Shown: positions 11,261 to 23,485 of the stretch, piece after piece
Layout of the letters: every line of letters begins with the position of its first letter
Position numbering within the stretch: position 1 is the first letter of the stretch
Source: Eledone cirrhosa
Lineage: Eukaryota
DNA: 64,000 nt
Reading direction: 5' to 3'
NCBI GenBank assembly: GCA_964016885.1
Contig: OZ024740.1
Coordinates: forward strand, 393,390,001 to 393,454,000
Made by a program: the position numbers and the translations under genes
The notes under the pieces: generated by a model
Database searches by the model: none
The model's input: the letters and a program-made list of their open reading frames with translations, nothing else
Told to the model about the DNA's origin: nothing

Positions 11261-12742
11261 TTAAAGGAGATAAACTGCTGAGGTATATACATTTTATGAA
11301 TGAATATCTTAAGATAAAGAAAGTAAAACAAAAAAAAAAAATGTTTATTTTGTATGCTTCCTGCATAGTAGCATTTTATTACTTAGAAAGCTCCCAACCA
11401 GACAAAACAACAAACATACAACAACAAGGATTCAGTCCTTCATAAACATACAGTGAAACAGAGTAGCAACCTTTTGATAAACTCACCAAAGTTTCACTGT
11501 ATGATACTTTGAACACGCCTTCCTTAATGATGCTCTTCTCATTATTTATTCCCTTCATATAGATACATACACAACTTTCAGCACATTAAATACTGTATAA
11601 TCATGCAGTAGTAACAGGTTAACATTCTTTGTAAAAGCAATGACACGAATGGTGACATTGGTACTTTATATTTTGTCTTCTTTTCTTTGGCTTCTATTTA
11701 TTATTGTCGTTCTATGAATGCTTTTATAATAATTTCTTCTCTTACCTGATGCTGTGCTGTCATTTGATGGAAACCTTTACAGACTGGCTTTCCATTAAAA
11801 TAGCTGATTGCTTATCACCTCAGCAGAGAGATATAATGCCGATAAGCATAAAATGTTGGAAAATGTTTTCAATGAAACTTATTTTCCTTTTCCATGTGCA
11901 AATGCTGTTTGTTATTTAAGATATTATGTGACTGGTAAATGGAATTGCTATTACACTTAATGCACATCTAAGTGACAAACATAAGCTATATAATAAAGTC
12001 CTGTTGATGCAGGAGATTCCTAGAGAGAAAGAATCTTTTGCATTCATTTGGAGAGAAAGGAGAGAGAAAGAAGAGAGGGACAGACTTCCTTCTAGAGAAC
12101 TTTCTGAAAGATGGATGAGAGAGGTGAAACCGGCTTATGTAAATAGATCTTCCCCTAGGCATGTGCTTGTAGGCCAGAGAATACATTTGGAAGAGTACAC
12201 TAGCCTTTGGTAATCAGAATAATCATGAACCTCTAAGGTTGCTTGATTGGTTGTAGGTGGCTCCTATTGCAGTATCTCATTTCATACCTTTTCTAAACAT
12301 TTGTTTTCTATGCCTGTTTCTTTCATAATCGATTCTTCATTTTATGTAGTTTGTCCTTGTAATACTCAGTCATCTGTTACTCTTGTGGCAAATTATTATT
12401 ATTATTATTATTATTATCATCATCACCATCGTTATTATTTTCCCCATTGAACATTTGGATGTAACAATTGCAAGTATACCATTTACAACTAGACAGAAAA
12501 GTAGTAAATAAAACTCCAGCATGAAAGTCAGCATTAATAAATCAAATTTATACTTAGTAGGCTGTAGTTTCTATAGAAAACACTTTCCATATTCAAAACA
12601 ATAAAACTCACATTGAAGATCTTTATAATAGCATTTTAGTTTTGTTATTGTTTAAATGAGACAATTGCAATAAACAAACAACCTTAGGTTAAAATTACGT
12701 GCTTACCTCTGCACGCTGAGATTGGACTTAATACATACATAT

Positions 12743-13085
12743 GGAGGCACATGGCTTAGTGGTTAGAGCATTGGCCTTGCAATCGAAAGGTTGTGAGTTC
12801 AATTCTCAGACTGGGTGATGTGTTGTTTCCTTGAGCAAGGCACTTTATTTCACATTGCTCCAGTTTACTCAGCTGTAGAAATGAGATGATAGGGACTGGG
12901 GGTCCCTATCATTCTACTGCAAAGTGGTCGTGGGGTGCCACGGCAAAAAAGCACCCAGCACTCACTGCAAATGAGGTTGGTGTTAGGAAGGGCATCCAGC
13001 TGTAGGAGTCAAGCCAGAATCAGTTCCCGTCCCACCCTTGCAAGCAGGGAAAAAGTGAACATAAAATGAAATAATGAATGATGAT
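12743..13085 (+). mobile_element. tRNA-derived SINE, family A (RTE-derived tail)
   Basis: A box TGGCTTAGTGG, B box GAGTTCAATTC, central tccttgagcaaggcactt, and a 3' part matching the RTE 3' UTR at 1745-1990. Confidence 0.9.
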
Positions 13086-13357
13086 ATATGCAACTAAAAT
13101 TGTGTTTATAATGTGTATCATCATCATCATTTTAGATCCATTTTCCCATGGGTTTGATGGGACTTCTCCAGTGCAGTACCTTACCACTTGTTGCAATCTC
13201 TTGTCCTCTTATATATATATATAACAGTTCTAGTCCTGTAGAAGTCATTTCTATAATAAAATAAAGATGACTATACTCTATTAACATATTGAGTAGCTTT
13301 TTTAATTGCGGTCACCACCTGATATACATCCGGAATTTATTATATATATATATAATT

Positions 13358-13546
13358 GGCGGTGAATTGGCAGTATCGGTAGAGGGTCTGACGCCATGCT
13401 TTCCAGCATAGTTACGTCCCTTTACGATCTGAGTTCAAATCCCGCCGAGGTTGACTTTGCCTTTCATCCTTACGGGGTCGATAAAATAAAGTACCAGTAA
13501 TGCACTGGGTCATTGCTGGCCTTGTGCCTAAAGTAGAAACAATTAT
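13358..13546 (+). mobile_element. SINE family B
   Basis: Near-identical to 8490-8675. Confidence 0.88.
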
Positions 13547-13592
13547 ATATATATCATCATCATCACCATTTTATGTCTGTTCTTCTATGCCA

Positions 13593-13626
<34 letters not shown>

Positions 13627-13964
13627 GATTCATTCCCAATCTATATCAGAAATCTACAGGATTATGTGTAAATATGTGTGCCTGTACATGTGTGTATGTA
13701 ACTTTGATAGGTTTGGGCCAGTATTGGCCCAGGCCATGTCTAACCCTAAAAGCACCCCATGTATTTATATGTGCATCTACAAGAATGATTGTATGTGTAT
13801 GTGTGAGTAAACTGTATATATGTAGATAAATGTAGTTTTATTTGTTTATATATCTGTACAGTTATCTCCCATTGAATATAATTTTGAATCCCTTAGTAAG
13901 AAATGACATTTTTTATTGTTTTTGGAAAAATAATTTTTGTTTTTGTTTTATAACATTCTTAAGG

Positions 13965-14148
13965 TGACGTAGTATCGGTAGAGGGTCAGACGCCATGTTT
14001 TGACGCATAGAGTTATGGCCCTTGCCATTCTGAGTTCAAATCCCGCCGAGGTTAACTTTGCCTTTCATCCTTACGGGGTTGATAAAATAAAGTACCAGTA
14101 ATACACTGGGTATTTGATGGCCTTGTGCCAAAAGTAGAAACAATTATT
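13965..14148 (+). mobile_element. SINE family B
   Basis: Similar to 13358-13546. Confidence 0.82.
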
Positions 14149-14269
14149 TTTCATATTAAGTTAAAGTCTTTCGCTATTTCAATGAGTAGACTTGAGATGT
14201 CCCCCATCCTGTGTGAGGTGGGAATTGAATTTTGGTAATATTCTGCTTCAATCTAATATGCTTTTTTAA

Positions 14270-14400
14270 TCCTCTGAAGATGGAGAAGAACAAACTGTAT
14301 CTCTATATAATTTTGTATGTATATATCTTGATTATCCGAATTTTCACGTAGCATTCTTTGTATAATTCAATGTATAACTCTCTTGAAACATATGTAAGGA
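14270..14400 (+). ncRNA. Type I hammerhead ribozyme-like motif with long stem-II insert
   Basis: Stem I TCCT/AGGA; CTGAAGA 14274-14280; GAAA 14385-14388; palindromic stem III ACATATGT; GTA triplet. Stem II is imperfect (GGAGA/TCTCT). Confidence 0.65.
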
Positions 14401-14447
14401 ATGAAAAATGATTTAAAAGCTAATTTTTCCATCTTATTAATGAGGCA

Positions 14448-17400
14448 ATGTGTGAGAACCCCACAACTGTCATCAAGCAATCGCACAACAGGAAAAAGAA
14501 CGAGACTTCGCATCTCAGAGTTGCCACACTTAATGTTGCCACTCTAACAGGTAGATCTGGTAAGATAGCGGAGATGCTGGAGAGAAGGCATGTGGATGTG
14601 TGCTGTGTGCAAGAGGTGAGATGGAGAGGTGCCTCTGCAAGACTAATCGCAGGCAAACATTGTAGTTATAAGCTTTTCTGGGTGGGTAATGATGATGGGT
14701 TAGGTGGGGTGGGCATATTACTGGCTGAGAGGTGGATCAATAAGACAATAGAAGTAGTTAGAGTTAGTGATAGAATAATTAAGCTTAGATTAGTTGTAGG
14801 CAAGAGACTACTGACAATCATCTCTGCCTATGCTCCCCAGGTAGGCCTAGGTAAAGAAGAGAAAGACTGCTTTTATGAGCAACTTTTACAAACAGCCTCA
14901 ATGACAAAGGACAGAGACATCGTTATGCTTGCAGGGGACTTCAATGGACATGTTGGACAGCTCCAGGATGGTTACACTGGGGTACATGGTGGGCACGGTT
15001 ACGGCTCAAGAAATGAAGAAGGAGTAAGGCTTCTTGAATTTTGTGATGCAAATACACTAACCATTTGCAACACTAACTTCCAGAAGCCTACCAACCACCT
15101 AAAAACCTACAAATCTGGCGAGCACATAAGCCAGATTGACTTCCTGCTAGTTAGACAGCGAGACAGACGGATGGTGTCAAATACTAAGGCTTACCCTGGG
15201 GAAGAATGTACCTCACAGCATAGGTTAGTCGTTAGTGACATCTCAGTAAGCATGAGAAAGAATGAGACATACAGGAAGGTGTGGAAAAGAAAGGTCTTGA
15301 AGCTAAAAGATCTTTCATTAAAATATAAATTTAGCAAAGCCCTTCAAGACGTGTATGATGAAAAAGAAGACGATTTAGAGTTGTATGACATAAATGATAA
15401 CTAGAATTTCTTACTTGACAATATACTGCAGGCTACTGAAGAAACATGTGGTTGGGGCAGAGCTTCAACCAGACAGAGAGTGACCTGGTGGTGGAACAGC
15501 ACGGTAGATAGGGCCATGAGAGACAAAAGACTGGCATGGAAGGCTTGGAAAAATGGTGGGAGTAGGGAAGGATACACAGCCGCCAGGAGAGAAGCTAGAC
15601 GTCAGGTGTACTTAGCATGCAGGGAGGCTGAGAGTAGGAGGTTTGCCAATGTTCTGCAACGGGAAGATCAGAGACGTGCGGTGTTCCGCATTGCAAGGCA
15701 GTGTGTCAGTGCAAATCAGGATGTTGTTGGAGATAAGTGAGTCTGGAATGTACTTAGTGTCACGAATGATAAAAAAAAGGAGGCCTAGAAATGTCATTAT
15801 GAGAGACTGATGAATGTGGAGAATAAATGGGACAGAGAGAAATTACCCCCAGTAGACCCAACAGAGGGACCAGCTATTGAGATTGACGAATATAGGGTAC
15901 AAGAGGAAATTAAAGAAATGAAGAATGGTAAGGTTGCTGGACCATCGGGGATAGTTGCTGAGATGATGAAGGCATCAGCTGAAGTAGGCATTAAACTGGT
16001 TGCATGCATCATCAATCAAGTTATATATGGTGGTGTCATACCCAAAGACTGGTGCAGCAGTATTCTCATAAATTGCTACAAAGGTAAAGGGGATGCTCTA
16101 GAGAGGAGAAATTATAGGGGCATAAAGCTGATGGATCAGGTTATGAAGGTGGCAGAGAGAATATTAGCACAACTGATTAGAGAAAGAGTGAAATTAGATG
16201 AGATCCAGTTTGGTTTTGTGCCTTGGAAAAGTACAACAGATGCTCTGTTCTTAGTGAGGCAACTACAAGAGAAGTTCTTAGAGAAGAATAAGCCACTATA
16301 CTTAGCCTTTGTTGACCTAGAGAAGGCCTTTGATAGGGTACACCGATCTGTCATCTGGTGGTCCCTAAGGAAACTAGGTGAGGAGGAATGACTTGTGAGG
16401 ACAGTGCAAGCTATGTACAGGGGTGCTGTCAGTAAAGTGAGAGTAGGTATGGAGTTTAGTGGGGAATTCCAGATACAAGTAGGTAGGTGTACATCAGGGT
16501 TCAGTCCTCAGCCCGCTCTTGTTCATTATAGTCCTCCAAGCCATAACAGAGGAGTTTAAGACTGGATGCCCATGGGAACTCTCTATGCTGATGATCTGGC
16601 TCTTATAGCATTCTTATAGCAGAATCAGTAGAGGATGTAGAGAATAAATCCTGGCTATGGAAACAGCAGTTGGAATCAAGAGGACTGAGAGTGAACATAG
16701 CTAAGACAAAAGTGTTGATACGTAGAAGAGAGGACAATATTCCGATTCAATCAGGGAAATGGCTAAGTTCGATATGTAGGAAAGGAACTGGCATAAATTC
16801 CATAAAATGTATGCAATGCAGATCTTGGGTATATAAGAGATGTAGTGAGATAGCAGGCAAACTAACAGTTAGGGAAAACTATGTATGCAGTAGATGTACA
16901 GGGAAAGTTGGCAGTATTAATCGCAGTGATAGACACATTTTTCCAATGCAGGTGGGTTCTTTAGAAGTGGTTGATAGCTTCCGGTACCTAGGTGATCAGA
17001 TTAGCATGGGGGGGGGGGGTTCCGAGGCCATAGTATCTAGAATAAGGACGGGTTGGAAGAAGTTTAGGGAGCTGCTTCCTTTGTTGACAAAGAAGGGTTT
17101 CTCCCTGCATATGAAAGGACGGCTATATGATGCCTGTGTGAGATGTTGCATGATAGTGAGACATGGGCAGCAACTGCAGAGGATATGCAACAGCTGGAGA
17201 GAAATGAAGCAAGTATGCTCCGTTGGATGTGCAATGTCAATGTCCGTGAACGACCAAGCATAGACGAGTTGAGAAAGAAACTGGGTATAAGAGGGATAAA
17301 CTGTGGTGTGCAGGAGAGAAGGCTGAGATGGTATGGACATGTGATGCCCATGGAGGATGACTGTTGGGTAAAGAAGTGCCAAGAAATCCCAGTAGAAGGA

Positions 17401-17580
17401 AGATGCAGTAGAGGTAGACCATGTAAAACATGGGCTGATGTGGTGAGAGCAGACCTCAGATCGCTGAAACTCACGGAGGAGATGACGAAGGACCGTGACA
17501 AGTCGAGAGATGCTGTGCTGAATAGGACCCGTCCACCCCTTGCAAGCAGGGAAAAGCAGATGCAAAATGATGATGATGAT
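14448..17580 (+). mobile_element. Near full-length degenerate RTE LINE (APE endonuclease, RT, PHD remnant, (GAT)n tail)
   Basis: APE motifs ATLNVATL, CCVQEVRW, GVGILL, SAYAPQ, AGDFNGHVG, SQIDFLL and SQHRLV (14448-15404). RT in ORFs 15810-16391 onward, PHD remnant at ~16760-16900. Several stops and frameshifts. Confidence 0.95.
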
Positions 17581-17734
17581 ACACACACACATACAGAAGA
17601 CCCGACTTCCCATTGGCACAGGCTGACACACAGTAACGTGGTTGTGATGGCAACATGGCAAAAAGCACCCAGCCCACACTGTAAAGTGGTCACGTAATTG
17701 TCATGGCAAAAAGCACCCAGTCCACAATGATATA

Positions 17735-19200
17735 TGTATGGAATTTGGTGTTAAAAGTGTGGAGTTCTAGAGGAAAATTGAAGAGAAGCAAAGGAATCAA
17801 GGTACAAATGGGTGAGATGACAAAGGAGGTCAACACAGAAGAGGGATATAGGTATTTGGGTATTCTGAAGGCAGATAACATCAAGGACGAAAAAATGAAG
17901 GAGATGATAAGACCTGAATACATAAGGAGAGTAACGAACAAATTGAGATTATAGCTGAATAGTAGAAATGCCATAAGTGCAGTAAATTCCCGAGCTGTGT
18001 TGATTATTAGGCACAATGCAGGAACTTTTTAATGGAATGCAAATGAACAAAAAGAACTGGATAGAAAGACGAGGAAATTAATTACCATCTATAGTATGTT
18101 TCATAATGAAGGTGATGTTGATAGACTGTACTTAAAGAGATCTGAAGGTGGAAGATGTCTTATCAACGTGGAGGACTGTTCAGATGGAGAAGAGCTGTTT
18201 ACATAATTATGTCTGAAAGTAACAAGCCAAAGCTTAAGGCTGTAGTGAAGGAGGAGACAATAGACCAGGAGATGTCCAAGAAAGGAGTAACAACAAAGAG
18301 AAAGAACAACCTGAATGAAAAGGCCCTTCATAGCATCTTTTTAAAGAAAACAAATTTCAGCGATCCGTAGACATGGAACTGATTAAAGAAAAGGGACCGT
18401 AAGAAAGCCACAGAGGGAATGCTTCTTGCTGCACAGTAACAAGCCCTTAAAACAAAGTGGATGAAACACTATATTGACAAGGGGGAGGCTAGCCCGCTCT
18501 GTAGGATCTGTGGAGAGAAAGAGGAAACTGTAGCTTGCATCATATCTGAGTGTAAATATCTAGCTCAGACTCACTATAAAGGATAGCGGCATGATATCAT
18601 AGGAAAAGTGACTCACTGGCATTTATGCAAACTGAATAAATTACCTCATTTTGAGAAATGGTATGAGCATAAGCCAGAGTCGGTGATAGAAAATGAAGGG
18701 GTGAAGGTGCTGTGGGATTTCAGGATACAAATGAACAAAGAATTAGAACACAATTAGCCTGACCTTGCTTGATTATAGATGTAGCTTGCCTCTTTGACAC
18801 AAGAGTGCAAGAAAAGATCGAGAAAATTAACCAGTATCAGGATTTAAAGTGGGAACTGAAAAGAATTTGGAAATGTCATGAAATTAAGGTTGTCCCCATC
18901 GTCAAAGGAGCACTAGGTACTATCTCAAAGAGCTTTCAAAACTGGTTAAAGAATATTAGACCAGTCCTTTTTTTTTGGAACATTCCAGAAGGCATGCTTT
19001 CTGGGAATAGCAAGGACCCTCTGATACATCCTGAATATCTGAGGCTACAGGTAACAGCTTGATGTTCATTGGGGCAAATTTTCCTGTTAAATGACAACAA
19101 TGACTGAGATATCAATGTAATAATAATAATAACAATAATAATAATCATAGCATAGCAAAAGAACAATAATACCAGGGACAACAACAATAATAATAATAAT
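17735..19200 (+). mobile_element. R4/Dong-like restriction-like-endonuclease non-LTR retrotransposon, 3' part, degenerate
   Basis: GYRYLGIL, ELDRKTRKL, DVDRLYLKRSEGG, zinc knuckle CRICGEKEETVACIISEC (~18500), RHD, LWDFRIQ, PDL...IIDVAC...EKINQYQDL and VVPIVKGALG, followed by a (TAA)n-rich tail. Confidence 0.85.
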
Positions 19201-19559
19201 AAGGAAGGGCAGGGGAAAAGAAAAAGCTTCATATAGCTTTAATGTTGAAATGACAAAAGCTTTTGAGTGGAAGAGTAGTGTTGAGAGCAGAATACAAGCA
19301 CTTAGCAAGGAGTAAGTATCATAATTCCTAACTGATGGAAATGGTTACAACTGCATCATGATTCTAATGATAGTAGCATGGATAACGAGGAAAATTGTGC
19401 TACAGAATAGACCACAAAATCTACTAATTCTTTGGAAGTATCATTATTGCATGGCGCTGCTGGAGGAATGATACTGTCAGAAGTGCTAGAATCATAGAGA
19501 TCTCCAGTCAATAGCTAATGAAAGGAATGTTGCTCGGTACAAGCTCTATGTAGAATATA

Positions 19560-20435
19560 CACCAGTATGAAAAGTGAATGTAAAATGACTGAGCATAGTG
19601 TAAACTTAGGAAAAACCAAAATTTGAATAAGTAGGAAAGAAGACAGGAGCATGATCCCATCAGGTTAGTGGCCTTGCTTGATATGTAGGAAAGAAGTAGG
19701 TACTTTATATGATCTGTACAATGTAAATCATGGGTATACAATAAGTGTAGTGGGATAGCAATCAAACTAACAGAAAAATTAAACTTTGTATTTAGCAGAT
19801 GTATAGGGATAGTTGGTCGTAAGAGCCATAGAGAAATAAACTTGTTCCAATTCCAGGAAAGATCCACAGAAGTGGTTGAAAGTTTATTCTACCTAGGTGA
19901 TCTAATTAGCAATAGAGAATATTGCTCTGAATAAGAATAAGTAGAATAAGAAAAGAATAGAAAAAGTTGAGGGAGCTACTACTTCTGTTGACATCATAAA
20001 AGGCCAACTGCATGATGCCTGCATGCAATGTGCCATGTTGGACTGTAGTGAGGTATGCAGAGATTATGCGAAGGCTGGACAGAAAAGAAGCAAGTATGCT
20101 CTGATGGATGTGCCATGTTAATATGAGTAAACAACAAACAATAGATGTGCTGAGAGAAAAACTGGTATAAGAGAAATCAGAAGTAGTAAGTATGAGAGAA
20201 AATCATGCTGGTACGAATATGTGATGCATACGGATAATCATTGGGTAAAGAAGTGCCAAGAAATCCCAGTGGAATGAAGCTGCTGTAGAGAGAGACCAAG
20301 AAAGACCCAGGCAGAGGTTGTGAGAGCTGATCTAAAAAGGAGATGATGAATGACTACAATGAATGGAGGAATGTTGTGTTGGAAATGACTTGCCCAGCCC
20401 ATGCAATCATGGAAAAGCAAATGTAAAACAATTAC
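19560..20435 (+). mobile_element. Degraded RTE 3' half (PHD-containing family)
   Basis: Decayed VNLGKTK, WPCLICRK..C..C..WV..KC and VVESLFYLGDLIS. Tail cccatgcaatcatggaaaagc. Confidence 0.75.
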
Positions 20436-20854
20436 AAATATTTGAGTGAACAGTATTTTCCAAGAAGACTTTCCAACTATTAACTGTTCAATACTTGAAG
20501 TCTGTTGGTACCTGTGTAAACTAAAACAAGCAGAGTTTTATGTTAGTTGCTCAGATTATCACACATGAATTTAGACCTATTCAGATAGTGGCATGAATTC
20601 ATAGCATAAAGATAATAGCATAGTTACTAAAACTGTCATACACACATAATTGACAAACTAAAAGAAATTGCATTTTTTTTTTTACATTTTTAAATATGTG
20701 ATAGATAAGATAGTTAATCAAAATAACACAAAAAAATGTATCTCATGATGACATTGAATAATTTGGTTTAGTGAATGATAACTGTAAATTACAAAATAGC
20801 AATTTATAAAGAGAAATTTAATCTCACATGAAAGTTAGTGTATATTTCATGTAT

Positions 20855-21330
20855 GCACTTATTCTTTTATTCTTTTACTGGTTTAAGTCACAAGATTGTG
20901 GCCATGCTGGCACACTGCCTTCAGGAGTTTTAGTTGATCACACCAATCTCATTTAGTATTTATTTTATTATCTACTTATGGATATAGTTGATGGCAAGGG
21001 ATGTAACTGATGCAGTATTTTACACTAGCAAATACATACAGAGAGAGAGAGAAGCTGCTTCTGCAGAGATTCCATCTTCCAAATACCACTTGCATGGTAT
21101 TAGTCAACCCAAATCTACAGTAGAAGACATTTGCTCAAAGTCCTGTGTAGTGGGATATCACCTTGATCACCTTGACCGACCAGTCTATCGGGCGCCATTC
21201 GGTGCCGCTGGTCACAGCACGTACTGTTTTAGCCATATGATGATGCCATCCCACTGGCTGGGCGGGCGGGCAGGCTGGTGTAGTGGGATATAACCTGAGA
21301 AATACTTAGTTTCAAAACAAAATACATGTC
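20855..21330 (-). mobile_element. Old SINE family C with CR1-like tail, interrupted by an insertion
   Basis: Minus-strand tail ccagcatggccac...aaaccag(taaaagaa)2 resembles the tail of the LINE at 3357-4300. Confidence 0.55.
21159..21277 (-). mobile_element. Short GC-rich 5'-truncated retroposon insertion with 14-bp TSD
   Basis: Direct repeat GTGTAGTGGGATAT at 21145-21158 and 21278-21291. Tandem tail (CAAGGTGAT)2 on the minus strand. Confidence 0.6.
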
Positions 21331-23112
21331 TATGCCTGCATCTTTATCAGAGGAAAAGACAAAAATACATGTGATAGAGAAAAAGAGAGAAGAAATGTTT
21401 AATAACATTTATAGCATCAATAAACATTTTCATGTTCATATTTCTAAAGAAATACACTGTCTCTCTTAATGCCAAAAATAATTAAGGATTTGGAAGCAAT
21501 TAAATAAATAACTAATTTTTATATTTATCTTTATATTTAACTGGCGTTTAAAAAAGGGTTCTTTTAAAAAGGGTTCTTGCTTAAATTATGATGGAAAGTT
21601 TTAATTAAAATATGAGAATTTGAAAACATACGGTTTTGTATCATTGAACTAAAGACAGTCTCAGAATGCCTGGCATCAAAAGGATTATAACAATAATAAT
21701 AATAACAACATTAAAAATATAACTATAATTAAGAAATTGTTGAAAAAAGAAGTATTACATTTCAAAAGCAGAGCAAGACAATAGAAAAATATCTATATTT
21801 AGTGAACGTCAGATCAACAGATTAGGTAGTGTTTTGAACAAAATATACATTGTAGTGTTTAGTTACACCCAGTCTGACTTTGTTTTTTTAAACTTTAGGG
21901 TTGATAACATAAGTACCAATCAAGTACTGAGGTTAATATAAGTGACTAGGTCTCACAATGGTTACAGTCAAATAGCTTAAACCAGTGAAAGAGTAAATGT
22001 TTTCTCCCAGCTTTCAAACGAAACCTTCAAGTGACAAAAGAAGCAATACTTATTCCTAGGGAATGGCCATGGCAACTATTTTAAGTTGCTTTAGAGGCTA
22101 ATCCTGTCAGAAGAGAAAAAGATCAGTTCAACAAGCTCAAAGGTTATATCGTATTAAATCACAACACAGAAAAGATTTTGGCAGGCTGTAGAAAACATAT
22201 GTGAAAAGGATAACAAGGTGAAGGCAGAAGTCTGTTTGATTAATTTTTTCAAAGATGGCTCCAAACATATCTCCACGTCAAGACTGTGACATGTCAACCA
22301 GAGTAGTGTAAGTAGTGGTCAAGATAAATAGGAAATAACATTCATCATGTTCAATTGTTTTTTGGAAGGTTACAGAAACATTTTGTTTTACATAAAAATA
22401 TAAGTTTTGAATAAAATTAATTGCATAATTCAAACTATATTTCTCAAACAGAAAATATATCTTTTTTTTTCTTCTGGAAATGTTTGTCCAATTTATTGGA
22501 GTGTTACATAAATATAAAGTTGCATTATTCTTAAGAGATTTTGCTATTTTGTGTAGATATGTTATGTAAATGATAGATATAGGAATTGATGGAAGTAAAA
22601 AGATGAGGGAGTGAAAGAAAGTGAGAAGTAGAACGAAAGGAAAAGAAAACATGTGAGTAAAAGAGAAAGTGAAAGACAGGAAAAATGTGTGTGTGTGTGA
22701 GAGACAGAGAGAGAGAAGCTAGAAAAGTTCACAGACAAAAAGGTAATATTTTTGAAGAGGATATTGAAGATATAGTTAAATTTTCAGAGATATATTATTA
22801 TCATCATGTATAAAATAGTAAAAACAAACAAACAAAAATCATATAAAAGCTATTACTAGGATATGGAATAGCAGGTAGTTGAATATGAAAGATAAAGAAA
22901 ATTTAGAAAACACACATGCACATATTCAAATATTATACCACCCACAAAAACTGACCCTAGGTTTCATAAAAAACATTTTTTTTAATTGCCATCTGATAAC
23001 AGCTTTAGAGTTAGCAAAGAGCAGTAGTGATAAGCAAACAGAATCTAAATGGTATAATGGAGAACTTTGTAACACAATTGGGGCACTGATTAAACATAAC
23101 GGTTACTTATGA

Positions 23113-23485
23113 GTGTGTGTGTGTGTGTGTGCATGCATGTGCGTGTGTGTGTATGTATATACATGTGTATGTGTGTGCATGTGAGTTTGTGTTTATATAT
23201 GAGAGAAAGATTATGATTATTGGGTATGTCTATGTATGCACACACGCACACACACATACACACACATATATATATATGTCTATGTATGCACACACAGACA
23301 CACATACACACGTGTGTGTGTGTGTGCATACAGACATATATATATATGTGTGTGTGCATACACAGACATATATATATATATTTATATATATATACACACA
23401 CACACATATATATATCATATAGCTATGTATGTATATTACATATACATGTATGTGCCTGTTATATATAAATGTGTGTACATGTGCA
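23113..23485. repeat. Compound (TG)/(CA)/(TA) low-complexity repeat
   Basis: Directly visible. Confidence 0.85.

Noticed and set aside
11986-12213. Overlapping short ORFs
   Set aside because: Driven by GA-rich low complexity; no recognisable domain or splice support.
12743-12815. tRNA gene
   Set aside because: tRNA-like head of a multicopy SINE, with no complete cloverleaf evident.
21995-22145. Acceptor-like ttttctcccag plus short frame, similar to ~25172-25235
   Set aside because: In-frame stops and weak similarity; it cannot be distinguished from an old repeat.
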